DNA of 64,000 nt from a virus. The first letter of the stretch is position 1; each line of letters opens with the position of its first letter. The stretch covers positions 1-64,000 of IMG/VR virus record IMGVR_UViG_3300044675_002751, one strand, 5' to 3'. The position numbers and the translations under genes were made by a program. Below the pieces are notes generated by a model. The model did no database searches. It was not told the origin of the DNA and saw only the letters and a program-made list of their open reading frames with translations. Shown piece after piece: positions 34,571-45,100 of this stretch.

Positions 34571-37500
34571 TTACTTACGTCCAAACTCCATCTTTCTTAA
34601 GGCAGTTACCGGGTCTACCTGAGATCCGGTAACTCCAAAGATGTCAGCTACGTCATTTAACAGTTTTGGCTGTCCCTCTTTTTGGAACCAGTAAGGACCA
34701 GCATCTCTTTTATAATAACCAGCTGGGTTATCACTTAGAAACTGACTTGTGTGATCCAAGAATTCCAAAGGTTTCTTAATCGTAGTACCATACAGTGTTC
34801 TAGGATCTAATATAGCACCTGATGTACTTTTGAGTACCTTCCAGTTTCTTCCTAATGTTGTTGGACCCCATGAGCCAAATGATTCTACTTCAGAAAGAGT
34901 ACCCAGTGTAGCAACTAACCCATGGTTAAACAACCAACCACCGAAGTTAAAGTCATCTTGATTTAAAGCACCACTTCGTTTTCTCATCTTTTCAAACCTG
35001 TCTTCATCACCTTCTTCGTATCCAAAGACAGATGAAAGTATTATTAAAATAGCCATCTGATGAGTTATGTCTGATGCAAACTTCAGCATGTTTCTCTTTT
35101 GTTCATCTGTTGTCCACTGCATGCTAGATGTACCATATTTCATGATATCTCTTGCCACCTGTATTACGGAGGTATAATAACCTGTACTAACCCCGCCAAG
35201 TGCTGCACTAGGACGTGTGACCGCAACTCTGTTCATCAGCATTGATGTAAAGTAACGTTTTAAGAACATGGCTATAGACATGAGAGCATAACGCTGTGCT
35301 TCAGGCTGGTCCATACGTGCGTATGTACCATTAAGTCTATTACCTAACTCGTGTATCCTGTTCTTAACTTCATTGAACTTTTTACCACCTGGTGCATACT
35401 CTTTGTCTATACCAGACTTAAGTTCTATCTGACCATTTACAACTTCAAATGCATCTATATAGTCTATCTCTTTAGGTTTACCATCAACTATCTGCTCTAC
35501 CTTTACATGATGCATTACACCGCTAAAGAGTTCAACAACAGTTTCTATTTCTAACCACTTTCTTGGAGACATCATAAAACTCAGACTGGCTGCATCTGAT
35601 GCCAAAGAACGACCAAACTGTCCACCCATATCAGTTGCAGAACCATCACCTAATGTTGTATTAAGTACCTCTTGTGTAGGATCAAAAATCTGCAACAGCT
35701 GCGTATCCAAAGAACGGTTGCCTGTCTTGTATAGTTGTGAAGAATATATTGAGAGCATCTTGAAAGCACGAAACTTACCACGCCGATAGCTGTTCCAGTT
35801 TATATATCTACCACTGCTGGCTTCATTCTGCAGCTGAACAATAGCACTTTGTCTGTTTTTGATAGCTGAAGGTAAGATGTTCATTGAAAACATTCCAAAG
35901 CTAGCTAACTTAAGTAAGGCATTTATACTCTTCAAAGCAATAGGTGTATCACTTAACCAGCCTGTTTTAGTCTTACCTTCAAACTCTCTTTCATATAAGT
36001 TACCAATTGCCTTAGCCCTAACACTAGCTCCTTTTTTAGAAAGATAAGATTTGACACCAGTCTTCTGATACTGCCATTTATTAATCTTACCCATTTCCTT
36101 AATAGCATTGTCTGGGCTGCCTACTGCTTTTTTCAAAGCTTGAGCAAAAGGATTAAGCTCAATAAGTTTTTTCTGCTTTAGACCAGAGTGCATATATCTA
36201 AGCATGCTGTCTGCTATATTCATAGACACCTGCCCTGGATCCAGAGCATAGAGACCAGTGATAGGTACCTTGTTGATTTCTTCATCAAACATGTCTGCAT
36301 AAATCAGCTGCTCAGGCTTAAAGTTTAATCCATCCTGAACATCATCTGGAGCTTTAGCAAAATACTGTTTTACACGTGTAGCCCATTCATAAAACTTATT
36401 ACCGGTCTTACTAGCCTGCAATGATTCCAAAGCAGGTTTACGGTAACGTGGTATTTGCATATACAATTTACTTTCACGAGCTAATCCTTCCTGGAACTTA
36501 AGATGATATTCTTTCATCTTTTCCAGTACAGCAAATGCTGCTGGATCTTCACGGCGTAGTTTTTCATAATCAGGATTGTAATACCTGTCATCTACAGCTC
36601 CTTCTTCTAAAGACTTAGGTAGCCAGTTACCACGGTTATCTATAGTCTTACCCACTTCACGCTTTGTACGGAATTCTTTCTTTACACCACGGTAGAAATA
36701 AGAAAGGTTTGGTTTACCCATAATCACTTCACCGCTGGATAATGTGATCTTTTCGTAATGATCAGGGTTGTTAGGACGTGTACGGTTCCATATAAAAAGA
36801 CGCTCATATACAATCTTGGTGTCATTAATACTTTTATCAAACACCTCTTTAGCTATATGATTATCTTTAAACCATTGCTCAAACTCAGGAGACTCTTTGA
36901 ACAGCTCAACATAAGATGCAGGATCTAATAATGTAGAGGCAGAGTCGTTATCTACAGGAGCTCTGCCCATCTTACCTAAGTAGTTATTTATAATATCTAC
37001 ATAGTAATCCGTAGCTTCCTTACTCTGAAGATCACCTAGCTTAGAATAAAGAGCTTGCATTTCAGTTTTAGTAAACTTATCTACGCCAAGGCTATTCTTA
37101 CGTTCAATAAGCTCATCCATTCTTCCACGCTCCTCTTGAGAAAGCTTTTCACGAGCTACAATCTTTTGGAAGTAACCAGAAAGTTCATCCATTTCTTCTC
37201 TGGTAAGACCAGAGAAACCTGCCATAGAGTTACGTTTAGCAAGAGCTGCCTCTTGTAACTGACGTACTTTCTTTTTACTATTCTCAGATATATCTGTACC
37301 AATCACCTGACCGTCCTGGTCACGAAACCCGGTTGCTATATCAAGCATACCTTCCATTTCTTCTGAAGAGTCAACAGCTTTACGTATTTCAGGACTGAGA
37401 CCGGCCATTAATTCGTTAAGATCTGCTAACACTTTATTACGTTCTTCAAAAAACTCTGGAGTGTAAGCTATAACTGTATTGTTCTTAATCCACTTATCAC

Positions 37501-40500
37501 GTTTTTCCTTATACTCATCTGACTTCTCATCTACACCATTGTCTACAAGACTCTGCTCAAAACGCTTTAAGTTAGATTCAAATAAACCCTGTATAGGAAC
37601 CCATTCAAAAAAGTCTCTTGATGCTTTACGATACTCTTTTTCAATCTTAGCCAGCTCCAGATCACGACCTGTTTTTGGATTACCATTAAGATCAGTGAGA
37701 GAAGCAAGCTGAGAATACTCTCTCCAAAGAATCTTTTTCTCTTCTGCAATAAAGTCAAGTGCATCATCATCATAGTTCATAGCATCCAGTTCTTGAATCT
37801 GGTTAAGCAAGATCTGCTTACGCCTGTATGCCTCACGACCCATCTCAGAATCATAGATCTTCTCACGCTCATAGTACTCAGGTACATACTCCTGGTGGAA
37901 ATAATCTCTACGTAACTTACGCATTTCTTTGAGCTTCTGATCAGCCAAAGTCTGGTCACCATCAGCTACTGCCTGGTCATAATCATATTTAAGTTGGGCA
38001 GAGTCAGCAGTGAAGTTATTAAACTTATCTTTAAAAGACCACACCTCTTTAGTAGCAAAATTACCTTTCTCATCTATGTAAGGAACTTTTTCTAGGCTAA
38101 CTATTTTACCCATCAGCTCAGAATAGTTTCTACGACTATAACCAGCTGCGTTCAATAATGGGTCAAGATCACGTACAAAATCATTTATATTACGTTGGGC
38201 TTTGGCATCTACGTCATTATATGCATTCTTAATAAACATAGCAAAACCTCCCACAATAGGATCTGGTGAGTTTGTATATGCTTCTAAAAATGCAGAGTAA
38301 CTATTAGTGTCACCAAGTTTACCTGTCAGCATATCTTTAAGTTTTTCCTTATCAATACGCATCTTTTCATACTTTGCCTTCACTTCATCTATCTTAGCTT
38401 TAGGAGCATTCTTGGCTACAAGAGCATCTATTTCTGCAGTGTACATCCTATCAATCTCTTTAGCCAATGGTTCTAAAGCCTCGTATATAACATCGTTTAC
38501 ATTATCACTATAGATCTTGTTAATGATCCTTTCTGTCTGAGCAACTGTATTTTGAACACCAGATACCACTCTTCCAAATTCTGTATTTGGATTAAGACCT
38601 GCATCAGCTAAACGGTCAACGGTTTCATTAATAAACTTATCCCAGTTACGTACAAGAAGATCATAGTAAAATATGTTCCCTATCACCTCTTTAGAATCAC
38701 CTTGTTTAGCCAACTCACGGACGTGATTTAGAATACTGTCACTCAGTTTCTGCAAACGAAGCATAGAGTGTACAAAACTTTGGGTAGTCTTAGCCCTTAT
38801 TGTAAGATCGTCAAAGATGTCAGCAAGTCTTTCATCTATCTCAGAGTTAGAAAGCGTAGACTTCAGTTCTTGTAACTGACCCCTACCGGTTTCATCTACC
38901 AAGAACTTACGGGCTTCGTTGTAGTTCTTGTTTTCACGTATACGTCTAATGTGATTAGACACTACATCATAAAAACGTTTTACAGAATTAGACACTCCGC
39001 TATATTCTACAGCATTAAGCTCATTCATAAAGTTACTGATATCACGGATATAATCTACCATGTCAGCTTCTGTAACAATATCAGTTGAGATGTTGAATTT
39101 ATTTCCTCTGAGCATCTCAGCCAGTTCTGCCAATGAAGTGTCAGTAGATAGCTTGTCTATATTTATAGAAGTACCAAATACCTTACGGAACATTTGCTTT
39201 AGGGCAAATATCATCTTCTTAATAAATTCACTAAACCCAACACTATCTTTTACACCATTTATCTGATTCTGAGCTTTAGCCGTTAATCCTCTAACAATAA
39301 CTTCCTCCCTGAACTTCTGATCTGTCTCATTAACCTCAGGATATAACGCCTGTACACCAGCAATAATACTTTGTCCTTCTGGAGTAGAAGCAAGTTGGTT
39401 GTAAAGATTATTAAACAGTGTAGGATTCTGAACTGCAACAGCAGCTATAAGTGGGTGAGAAAACTCATGTAGGACATTCTCTGTAGAAAAACCACCGTCT
39501 ACAAAATACACCTGACCATTAAAAAAGAAAGCTTTTTCTCCTCTCCATGGATTAGATGCATTAGCAGTTATCTCGGCAGCTTGTGCTGCAGTAACCATAG
39601 TGTAAGGAACACCTAGGTTCTCAGCTATGGTATCAGCCATAGTGCGGACAATATTTTGTCCTACCTCTATCTTCTGAGCTTGTTCTGTAGGTAATGTTGG
39701 CTCACTAACAACAGGATTAGTTAACTGAGAAAGGATTACATCCCCTGTTCTATCTTCTTGTCTAAATCCTTCAGTATCTCTTTGATCTCCTTGATCTCTT
39801 CTTTGGACATCTTGTCCTGCTGATACATTGCCAACATTCCTTGAAACGTTCCCTTCACCGACTCTAGAGAGCTCGTTTCCTTCAAAGCTTTTTGATAGAT
39901 TTCTTGTAGAGGACTTGTCATATTCATATTTTAGTTTTTTATATGTATCAAAATGTTTCTTGTATACAGAACGCATTAACCCCTCAAAGTAGGGATACTT
40001 GCCTGTGGCATATATGTTACCATATAATTTAGCAAGAGCTGTTGTAAAGCTAGCACCTTCACCCGACACTGTAGTGTGATTAATTTCGTGGATGATGATA
40101 TGGGTCATAAGACCAGTAGCTGCTTCTGCACTTTCTATGTTAAAAGACAATGGGTTAATAAAAATAGCATCAATAACCTTACTAACATGCACACCGCCAT
40201 AACTCTTATCTATAGAAACACCTGCAAAAAACTTACGGTCTGTACCTGAAAGTTTTTCATACTGGTAACCCAATTCTTTACCAGCAAATCTTACCATATC
40301 ATAGACTACAGAGCCAAAGTCACTAAAAAACTCAATAGCTCCTGGTACGGCCAGGTAATCAAAGTTAGTATTGTTATGATACTGAGGCTCATTTTCTTTA
40401 AAACCGCTGGTGTCTACAGTGTTTTTACCAAGTTCAATATCTTTATCAGCTTTAAAGCTAGAACCATATTTTTTCTCACGCTCTACTTCTACCTGATCAC

Positions 40501-42085
40501 CTGTCTCTTCATCCTTTACGCTATTACCAGTAATAACAAGCCTAGTTTTCTTGCGTGGTAATACGTCTTTGTACTTCTCATTTAGTCTCTTACGTTCAGC
40601 AATAGCATCATCCACCTCTTTATAAATCTTCTCTCTTTCTTCAGGAGTAAGTATCTTGTTTGGATCAGTCTTAGGTAGAGCACGGATGTTCTTAAATACA
40701 TCTGCTGCGTCTTTTTCTGCCTCACCGGCTGCATACTTTCGTAGATATGCATACAAGCTGTTAATGTCTTCGGTGACAGTGTTTTTAAAATCTTCTCTTT
40801 GATTATTGAAAGGATACTGCTCAGCAGTAGATCCAACAGACGGTTTAATGTTTATTACTATATTGTAAGGAATAGGCTCATAGTCTCTAAATTCAATACG
40901 TTTACTAAACTGAAAGAGTCCAGAAGAAAGTACCTCATGTCTTGGACTTTCTGTCTTCTCTTCTCCTACATATACTTCTGCTTCACCCCATGCAAACTTT
41001 ACATTAGAGAGCAGTGGTGGTAGTACTTCTTTAGAAATGTTTGCACCAATAGGTAACACTTGATTTTTTGTACTATTTCTCTTAGTTACATTCACACTGA
41101 CATTCAAATTACCAATAAGTGGACGAGTTAAAATGTCAAATCTGTCTACAGGATTAGATGCATACTCACCTGGGAAATCAATAGATCTGGTAGTTCCTTC
41201 AGGAGTAGTATAACTCTCAGGTATCTTAACCTTTACAAACGTACCATTAGGTTCAGATGTAGGTTCAGTACGGATCTGAAAGTCATCATTATATAGTTCA
41301 AGATTAGTAGCTTTTATAGAAGTCTTTATACCGTCTCGAACGGTAGCTACTTCTACATACTCACTACCTAATAAAAATTGCACTTTAGCCAAACCAAAAC
41401 CTCCAGAACGCTCACCTTCAGAAAGTCCTTCTTTATTAGTACCACCTATAGAAAGAAATGCACTCTTTACAATGTCAGGTGTCATACCAATACCATCATC
41501 TTTTATAGATATAGTACGCTCATCATAGTTAACATCAAGAGTGATATTACCCGGAGCGGCTGTATTTACAACCTGGGTACTTGGTTTAAAGTTTTGAATT
41601 TTTTGCTCTAAATCCTGCCTTCTATTAAACAATTCATTGACTTTCCATGGATCACCTGTAAGTACCTCACCTTGATCATCAAATGTAATCTTTTTACTTT
41701 CAGCAGACATGTCTACCATCACTTTATTAAACTCCCTGATAAGAGCTTGCTTTTGCTCCTGTGGATTACCAACTACAGTTTCTTTCTTACTAAGATTCTG
41801 TACGGTCTTAATGGCATCAAATGAGTTTTGTAACAACTCCTTTACTGCAACTTGTGCCAAAGGTTTGTTATACATAGTAGGACCAAGCAGCATAAGTAAC
41901 TGCTTCTTGTTTACACCAATCTGTCCTTGTTCTACAGAACCTTCTCTGTTATACATGACATATTCTTTGGCAGTAGGAATGCTCCCATTACCAATGGTCA
42001 TATAAGCACGGAAAGCTTCTTTCTCTCCGAGCTGTTCAACGAGACTAGTCCACTCTACTGAATTTTTGTTAGGGCAGGTTAACAT
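34571..42085 (-). CDS. Giant virion/ejection protein (2504 aa) with HtpG-like GHKL ATPase and two zincin HExxH motifs
   Basis: KELLQNSFDA, IKDDGIGM, GGFGLA and NGT GHKL boxes; HEINH and HEFSH..EE; directly downstream of the virion RNAP. Confidence 0.8.
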   Translation of the reverse strand: MLTCPNKNSVEWTSLVEQLGEKEAFRAYMTIGNGSIPTAKEYVMYNREGSVEQGQIGVNKKQLLMLLGPTMYNKPLAQVAVKELLQNSFDAIKTVQNLSKKETVVGNPQEQKQALIREFNKVMVDMSAESKKITFDDQGEVLTGDPWKVNELFNRRQDLEQKIQNFKPSTQVVNTAAPGNITLDVNYDERTISIKDDGIGMTPDIVKSAFLSIGGTNKEGLSEGERSGGFGLAKVQFLLGSEYVEVATVRDGIKTSIKATNLELYNDDFQIRTEPTSEPNGTFVKVKIPESYTTPEGTTRSIDFPGEYASNPVDRFDILTRPLIGNLNVSVNVTKRNSTKNQVLPIGANISKEVLPPLLSNVKFAWGEAEVYVGEEKTESPRHEVLSSGLFQFSKRIEFRDYEPIPYNIVINIKPSVGSTAEQYPFNNQREDFKNTVTEDINSLYAYLRKYAAGEAEKDAADVFKNIRALPKTDPNKILTPEEREKIYKEVDDAIAERKRLNEKYKDVLPRKKTRLVITGNSVKDEETGDQVEVEREKKYGSSFKADKDIELGKNTVDTSGFKENEPQYHNNTNFDYLAVPGAIEFFSDFGSVVYDMVRFAGKELGYQYEKLSGTDRKFFAGVSIDKSYGGVHVSKVIDAIFINPLSFNIESAEAATGLMTHIIIHEINHTTVSGEGASFTTALAKLYGNIYATGKYPYFEGLMRSVYKKHFDTYKKLKYEYDKSSTRNLSKSFEGNELSRVGEGNVSRNVGNVSAGQDVQRRDQGDQRDTEGFRQEDRTGDVILSQLTNPVVSEPTLPTEQAQKIEVGQNIVRTMADTIAENLGVPYTMVTAAQAAEITANASNPWRGEKAFFFNGQVYFVDGGFSTENVLHEFSHPLIAAVAVQNPTLFNNLYNQLASTPEGQSIIAGVQALYPEVNETDQKFREEVIVRGLTAKAQNQINGVKDSVGFSEFIKKMIFALKQMFRKVFGTSINIDKLSTDTSLAELAEMLRGNKFNISTDIVTEADMVDYIRDISNFMNELNAVEYSGVSNSVKRFYDVVSNHIRRIRENKNYNEARKFLVDETGRGQLQELKSTLSNSEIDERLADIFDDLTIRAKTTQSFVHSMLRLQKLSDSILNHVRELAKQGDSKEVIGNIFYYDLLVRNWDKFINETVDRLADAGLNPNTEFGRVVSGVQNTVAQTERIINKIYSDNVNDVIYEALEPLAKEIDRMYTAEIDALVAKNAPKAKIDEVKAKYEKMRIDKEKLKDMLTGKLGDTNSYSAFLEAYTNSPDPIVGGFAMFIKNAYNDVDAKAQRNINDFVRDLDPLLNAAGYSRRNYSELMGKIVSLEKVPYIDEKGNFATKEVWSFKDKFNNFTADSAQLKYDYDQAVADGDQTLADQKLKEMRKLRRDYFHQEYVPEYYEREKIYDSEMGREAYRRKQILLNQIQELDAMNYDDDALDFIAEEKKILWREYSQLASLTDLNGNPKTGRDLELAKIEKEYRKASRDFFEWVPIQGLFESNLKRFEQSLVDNGVDEKSDEYKEKRDKWIKNNTVIAYTPEFFEERNKVLADLNELMAGLSPEIRKAVDSSEEMEGMLDIATGFRDQDGQVIGTDISENSKKKVRQLQEAALAKRNSMAGFSGLTREEMDELSGYFQKIVAREKLSQEERGRMDELIERKNSLGVDKFTKTEMQALYSKLGDLQSKEATDYYVDIINNYLGKMGRAPVDNDSASTLLDPASYVELFKESPEFEQWFKDNHIAKEVFDKSINDTKIVYERLFIWNRTRPNNPDHYEKITLSSGEVIMGKPNLSYFYRGVKKEFRTKREVGKTIDNRGNWLPKSLEEGAVDDRYYNPDYEKLRREDPAAFAVLEKMKEYHLKFQEGLARESKLYMQIPRYRKPALESLQASKTGNKFYEWATRVKQYFAKAPDDVQDGLNFKPEQLIYADMFDEEINKVPITGLYALDPGQVSMNIADSMLRYMHSGLKQKKLIELNPFAQALKKAVGSPDNAIKEMGKINKWQYQKTGVKSYLSKKGASVRAKAIGNLYEREFEGKTKTGWLSDTPIALKSINALLKLASFGMFSMNILPSAIKNRQSAIVQLQNEASSGRYINWNSYRRGKFRAFKMLSIYSSQLYKTGNRSLDTQLLQIFDPTQEVLNTTLGDGSATDMGGQFGRSLASDAASLSFMMSPRKWLEIETVVELFSGVMHHVKVEQIVDGKPKEIDYIDAFEVVNGQIELKSGIDKEYAPGGKKFNEVKNRIHELGNRLNGTYARMDQPEAQRYALMSIAMFLKRYFTSMLMNRVAVTRPSAALGGVSTGYYTSVIQVARDIMKYGTSSMQWTTDEQKRNMLKFASDITHQMAILIILSSVFGYEEGDEDRFEKMRKRSGALNQDDFNFGGWLFNHGLVATLGTLSEVESFGSWGPTTLGRNWKVLKSTSGAILDPRTLYGTTIKKPLEFLDHTSQFLSDNPAGYYKRDAGPYWFQKEGQPKLLNDVADIFGVTGSQVDPVTALRKMEFGRK

Positions 42086-42102
42086 AGGGTATGTTCTTTA
42101 TA

Positions 42103-45100
42103 TTATTCTCCAAAGCATTTCTTCATAAACTCATCCACCATCTCATCGGTGATGTCTTGGTTAGACTGCATTTGCTTACGTAAAGCAGCATCTGTTTCTG
42201 ATCCAGGCATTACATAGTTAAGACGCTTGTACAGCTCTAATACCATATAGTTCTTTGTACGTGGAGCAGCAGCCAACATGTCTTTACCATTTACCACTGT
42301 CAGTCCTTGTTCAGGAAAAGCTACTTCATTACCATTTTCATATTGTGTTTCTATAGCAGTAATAGCATCATTAATCATCTTAGCATTTTCTTCAAAAGTC
42401 TCATCACTAAGAACTTTCTTACCGTCCTGAGTAATTGGAAAGCTAATACTGTTGTTAGCTTTCTGCATTACACCAAATACATCTTTGCTATCTTTAAAGT
42501 TTGGATATACAAGCATTATACTGCTATTTTTTTCTAACAATGCCTTAGCACTGCCTGCTCCGGCTATTGAAGGATATACAAACAGTCCTTGGATATTCTT
42601 AGTTAGTTGTGTTCCATCAGTTGAACTTGTACTAACTGATGACACATCCGGTGTATACAAATAGTTACGAAATCTCTGACGAGTAGAAGAATTAGAAGTA
42701 TTCCATATATCTGTAAACCGTTTAAAGTAGTCATTTAACAACTTAGACTTATCCTTCATTTCTGTAATCTCTTTCAAAGGTTCAGCCATAAGTTTAAGCA
42801 AAGTATCTTTTGGTAAAATGGAAGCTAAGTTATTAGAGCTTTTTGTAGCACCGGCTCTAATGTATTCAGCTACAATCATTCTGTTAAAGAACCTACTAAT
42901 CTCAGCGTTCTGTACAGGGTTTTCCACTTTTACAGTCATTGGATCAGCTAGACGTACCAAGTTTTCATGGAGTACATTTGCAAGATCTTTGTCTGTACGG
43001 GAAGAAGTAAGCTTCAGAGTCTTAAGTTTCTTATTGTTTGACTGAACAACATTACCTTCAGAATCAGCTTTAGCTCCTTCATTTACATAACCCAGCTGAT
43101 CAAATATCATATATTGTTCAGCCAGCTGTGGATACTTAGCTTTAATAGCCAGGAACTGGTCAGCTATACTAACACCAGGAGCCTTAAGCATATGATAAAA
43201 GTTAAAACTAAGTTCTAGAGCTCGAGTTGCTAGCTTTTGTTCATAAACTTCTCTTGACTCATTACCAACAGGTGTAATAGACCTAAGATGCTCACGCTCC
43301 ATTACAAAGTGAATATACTCCTGTAAGTTCTGGTAGTTACCACCCATGTTAAAAGTTTCAGCGTCAACAGTAGCCAAGCCCTGAGATTTGTAACCTTGAC
43401 CAGCAAATGCTTTAGTATTAAAATCAGACTCTATCTGGTTAAAGTCTAAGTACATCACTCCATCTTTTACAAAAGCACCTTGGCGTAACTGGACATTTTT
43501 AACCGGCAAAGCCTGCTTTACAGAAAGTCCTTTATACTCTTTAATGTTGTTAATATCTACCCCTTTCAGATAGTTCTGTAAGAGATACATTGGAAGGTCA
43601 TTATGAAAAGTAGCTACAAACTTTTCAGCAATTGGAAAAGCAGTAGCAAAAGATCTTGACTTTACTTTACTCAATAAAAAAGAGTTTATCTGAGCGTCAC
43701 CCCTCAGTTGCATAAGAGGTTTAAGTATACCCAACTGAAACTTTTGAACCAAGAAGGAACTAATTGGAGAATCTGTAAGAATCTTATCCTTCATATTTTC
43801 TGGTACTGCATCTACATACTCTAGTCCTTCAATCTTATCAAGACGCTCAGTTGCAGCAAACAAACTTTTAGAAGGAGCTGTATCTACGTTAACAGTGAGC
43901 TTGATGTTAGTCAGTTGCTTAGTAACTTCTTCTAGTTCTATAAAATGCAGTAATCCTGCAATAGCTTCAGGACTATTTCTGTCCTTAGACTTGATCACTT
44001 TTTCTAAAGAAGCTACATCATAGGTCCTGTTTTTATTAAAGTTTTCTATAGCTTTATACAGCAGATCGTTGGTAAGGTTTCCATCTTTGGTTAAAGCACC
44101 GATACCCAAACGAGTATAGAAATCTTTCTTGATACCAAATTTTCTCAAGCCTTTTTGTGAGCTAGCCTGATTCTCAGGATTAGCTGCATTGTAAAACGGA
44201 GACTCCACCTTGTACATCTCCTTGATATAGTCTACCACTAAAGGCTGTGATACAAAATAAGCTGCTGTACGGAAATCTACACCTGCTTCAAGCATAAACA
44301 ACAACACCGGACCGGCTATGTTATTACCGTTGATGTTAAAAATCCAGGCGTCTTTTTCAATGTCCACCCATCCGTTCATCAACTGACCAATAAGGTCACT
44401 CACCTTGTCCATAGTTACTGTGTTGATATCAGAAAGAGATATATACTCTTCCCCTTTCTCAGTCATTGTATTATGCTTCATCCTGATATTAATAGGACGA
44501 ACCTGTGGTTTTTTGCTTAAATCTATCTGACCGGTTTCTTTGTTAAAGTTGTAGTGTGTGTATGTCTTTTCAAGACGGGCACCCACTCTTTTAAATATAG
44601 AAGAGTAAGCATTATCCACGGCACCAATACCTAGAGTCTTCTTACCTATGTTGGTACGATCATGCACGAACATGTTGTAACGTGGCTCAAGTACACGAGT
44701 TGGAGAAATAACCTTAGTTTCTTTACCTTTTATTATAGCGGTACGCGGCTTGCCAGTCTTAACAGCAAAAGGATCGTATCCCTGAATGTTTTCACTAGCC
44801 AGTTCATCAGCTACACCTTTAACAAGGTCGGTATTGTTTGGACGTATAAGAGCATCAAAGTTGTCAGGGTGTTCAAGGATCTCACGGATCTTTTCTACCA
44901 CTTTATTTTCTGATGATTTAAGTCCTTTACCTTTTATGTATGTAGGCAGTTCATCAGTTGCTTCCTGTAAAAGAACCTTGTATACTTTCTGCTCGTCTTC
45001 AGTGAGCTCGTAAACAGAAAAGTCATTCTCTGCAGCATCTAGGATAATGTTAATGTTATCCATGCTAAAATCAAGATCCGGATACTTAGTTGACAGCTCT

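Noticed and set aside
44612-44620. Near-DnaA boxes within coding DNA (TTATCCACG here, TGTGGATTA near 41760)
   Set aside because: 8/9 matches inside genes are expected by chance
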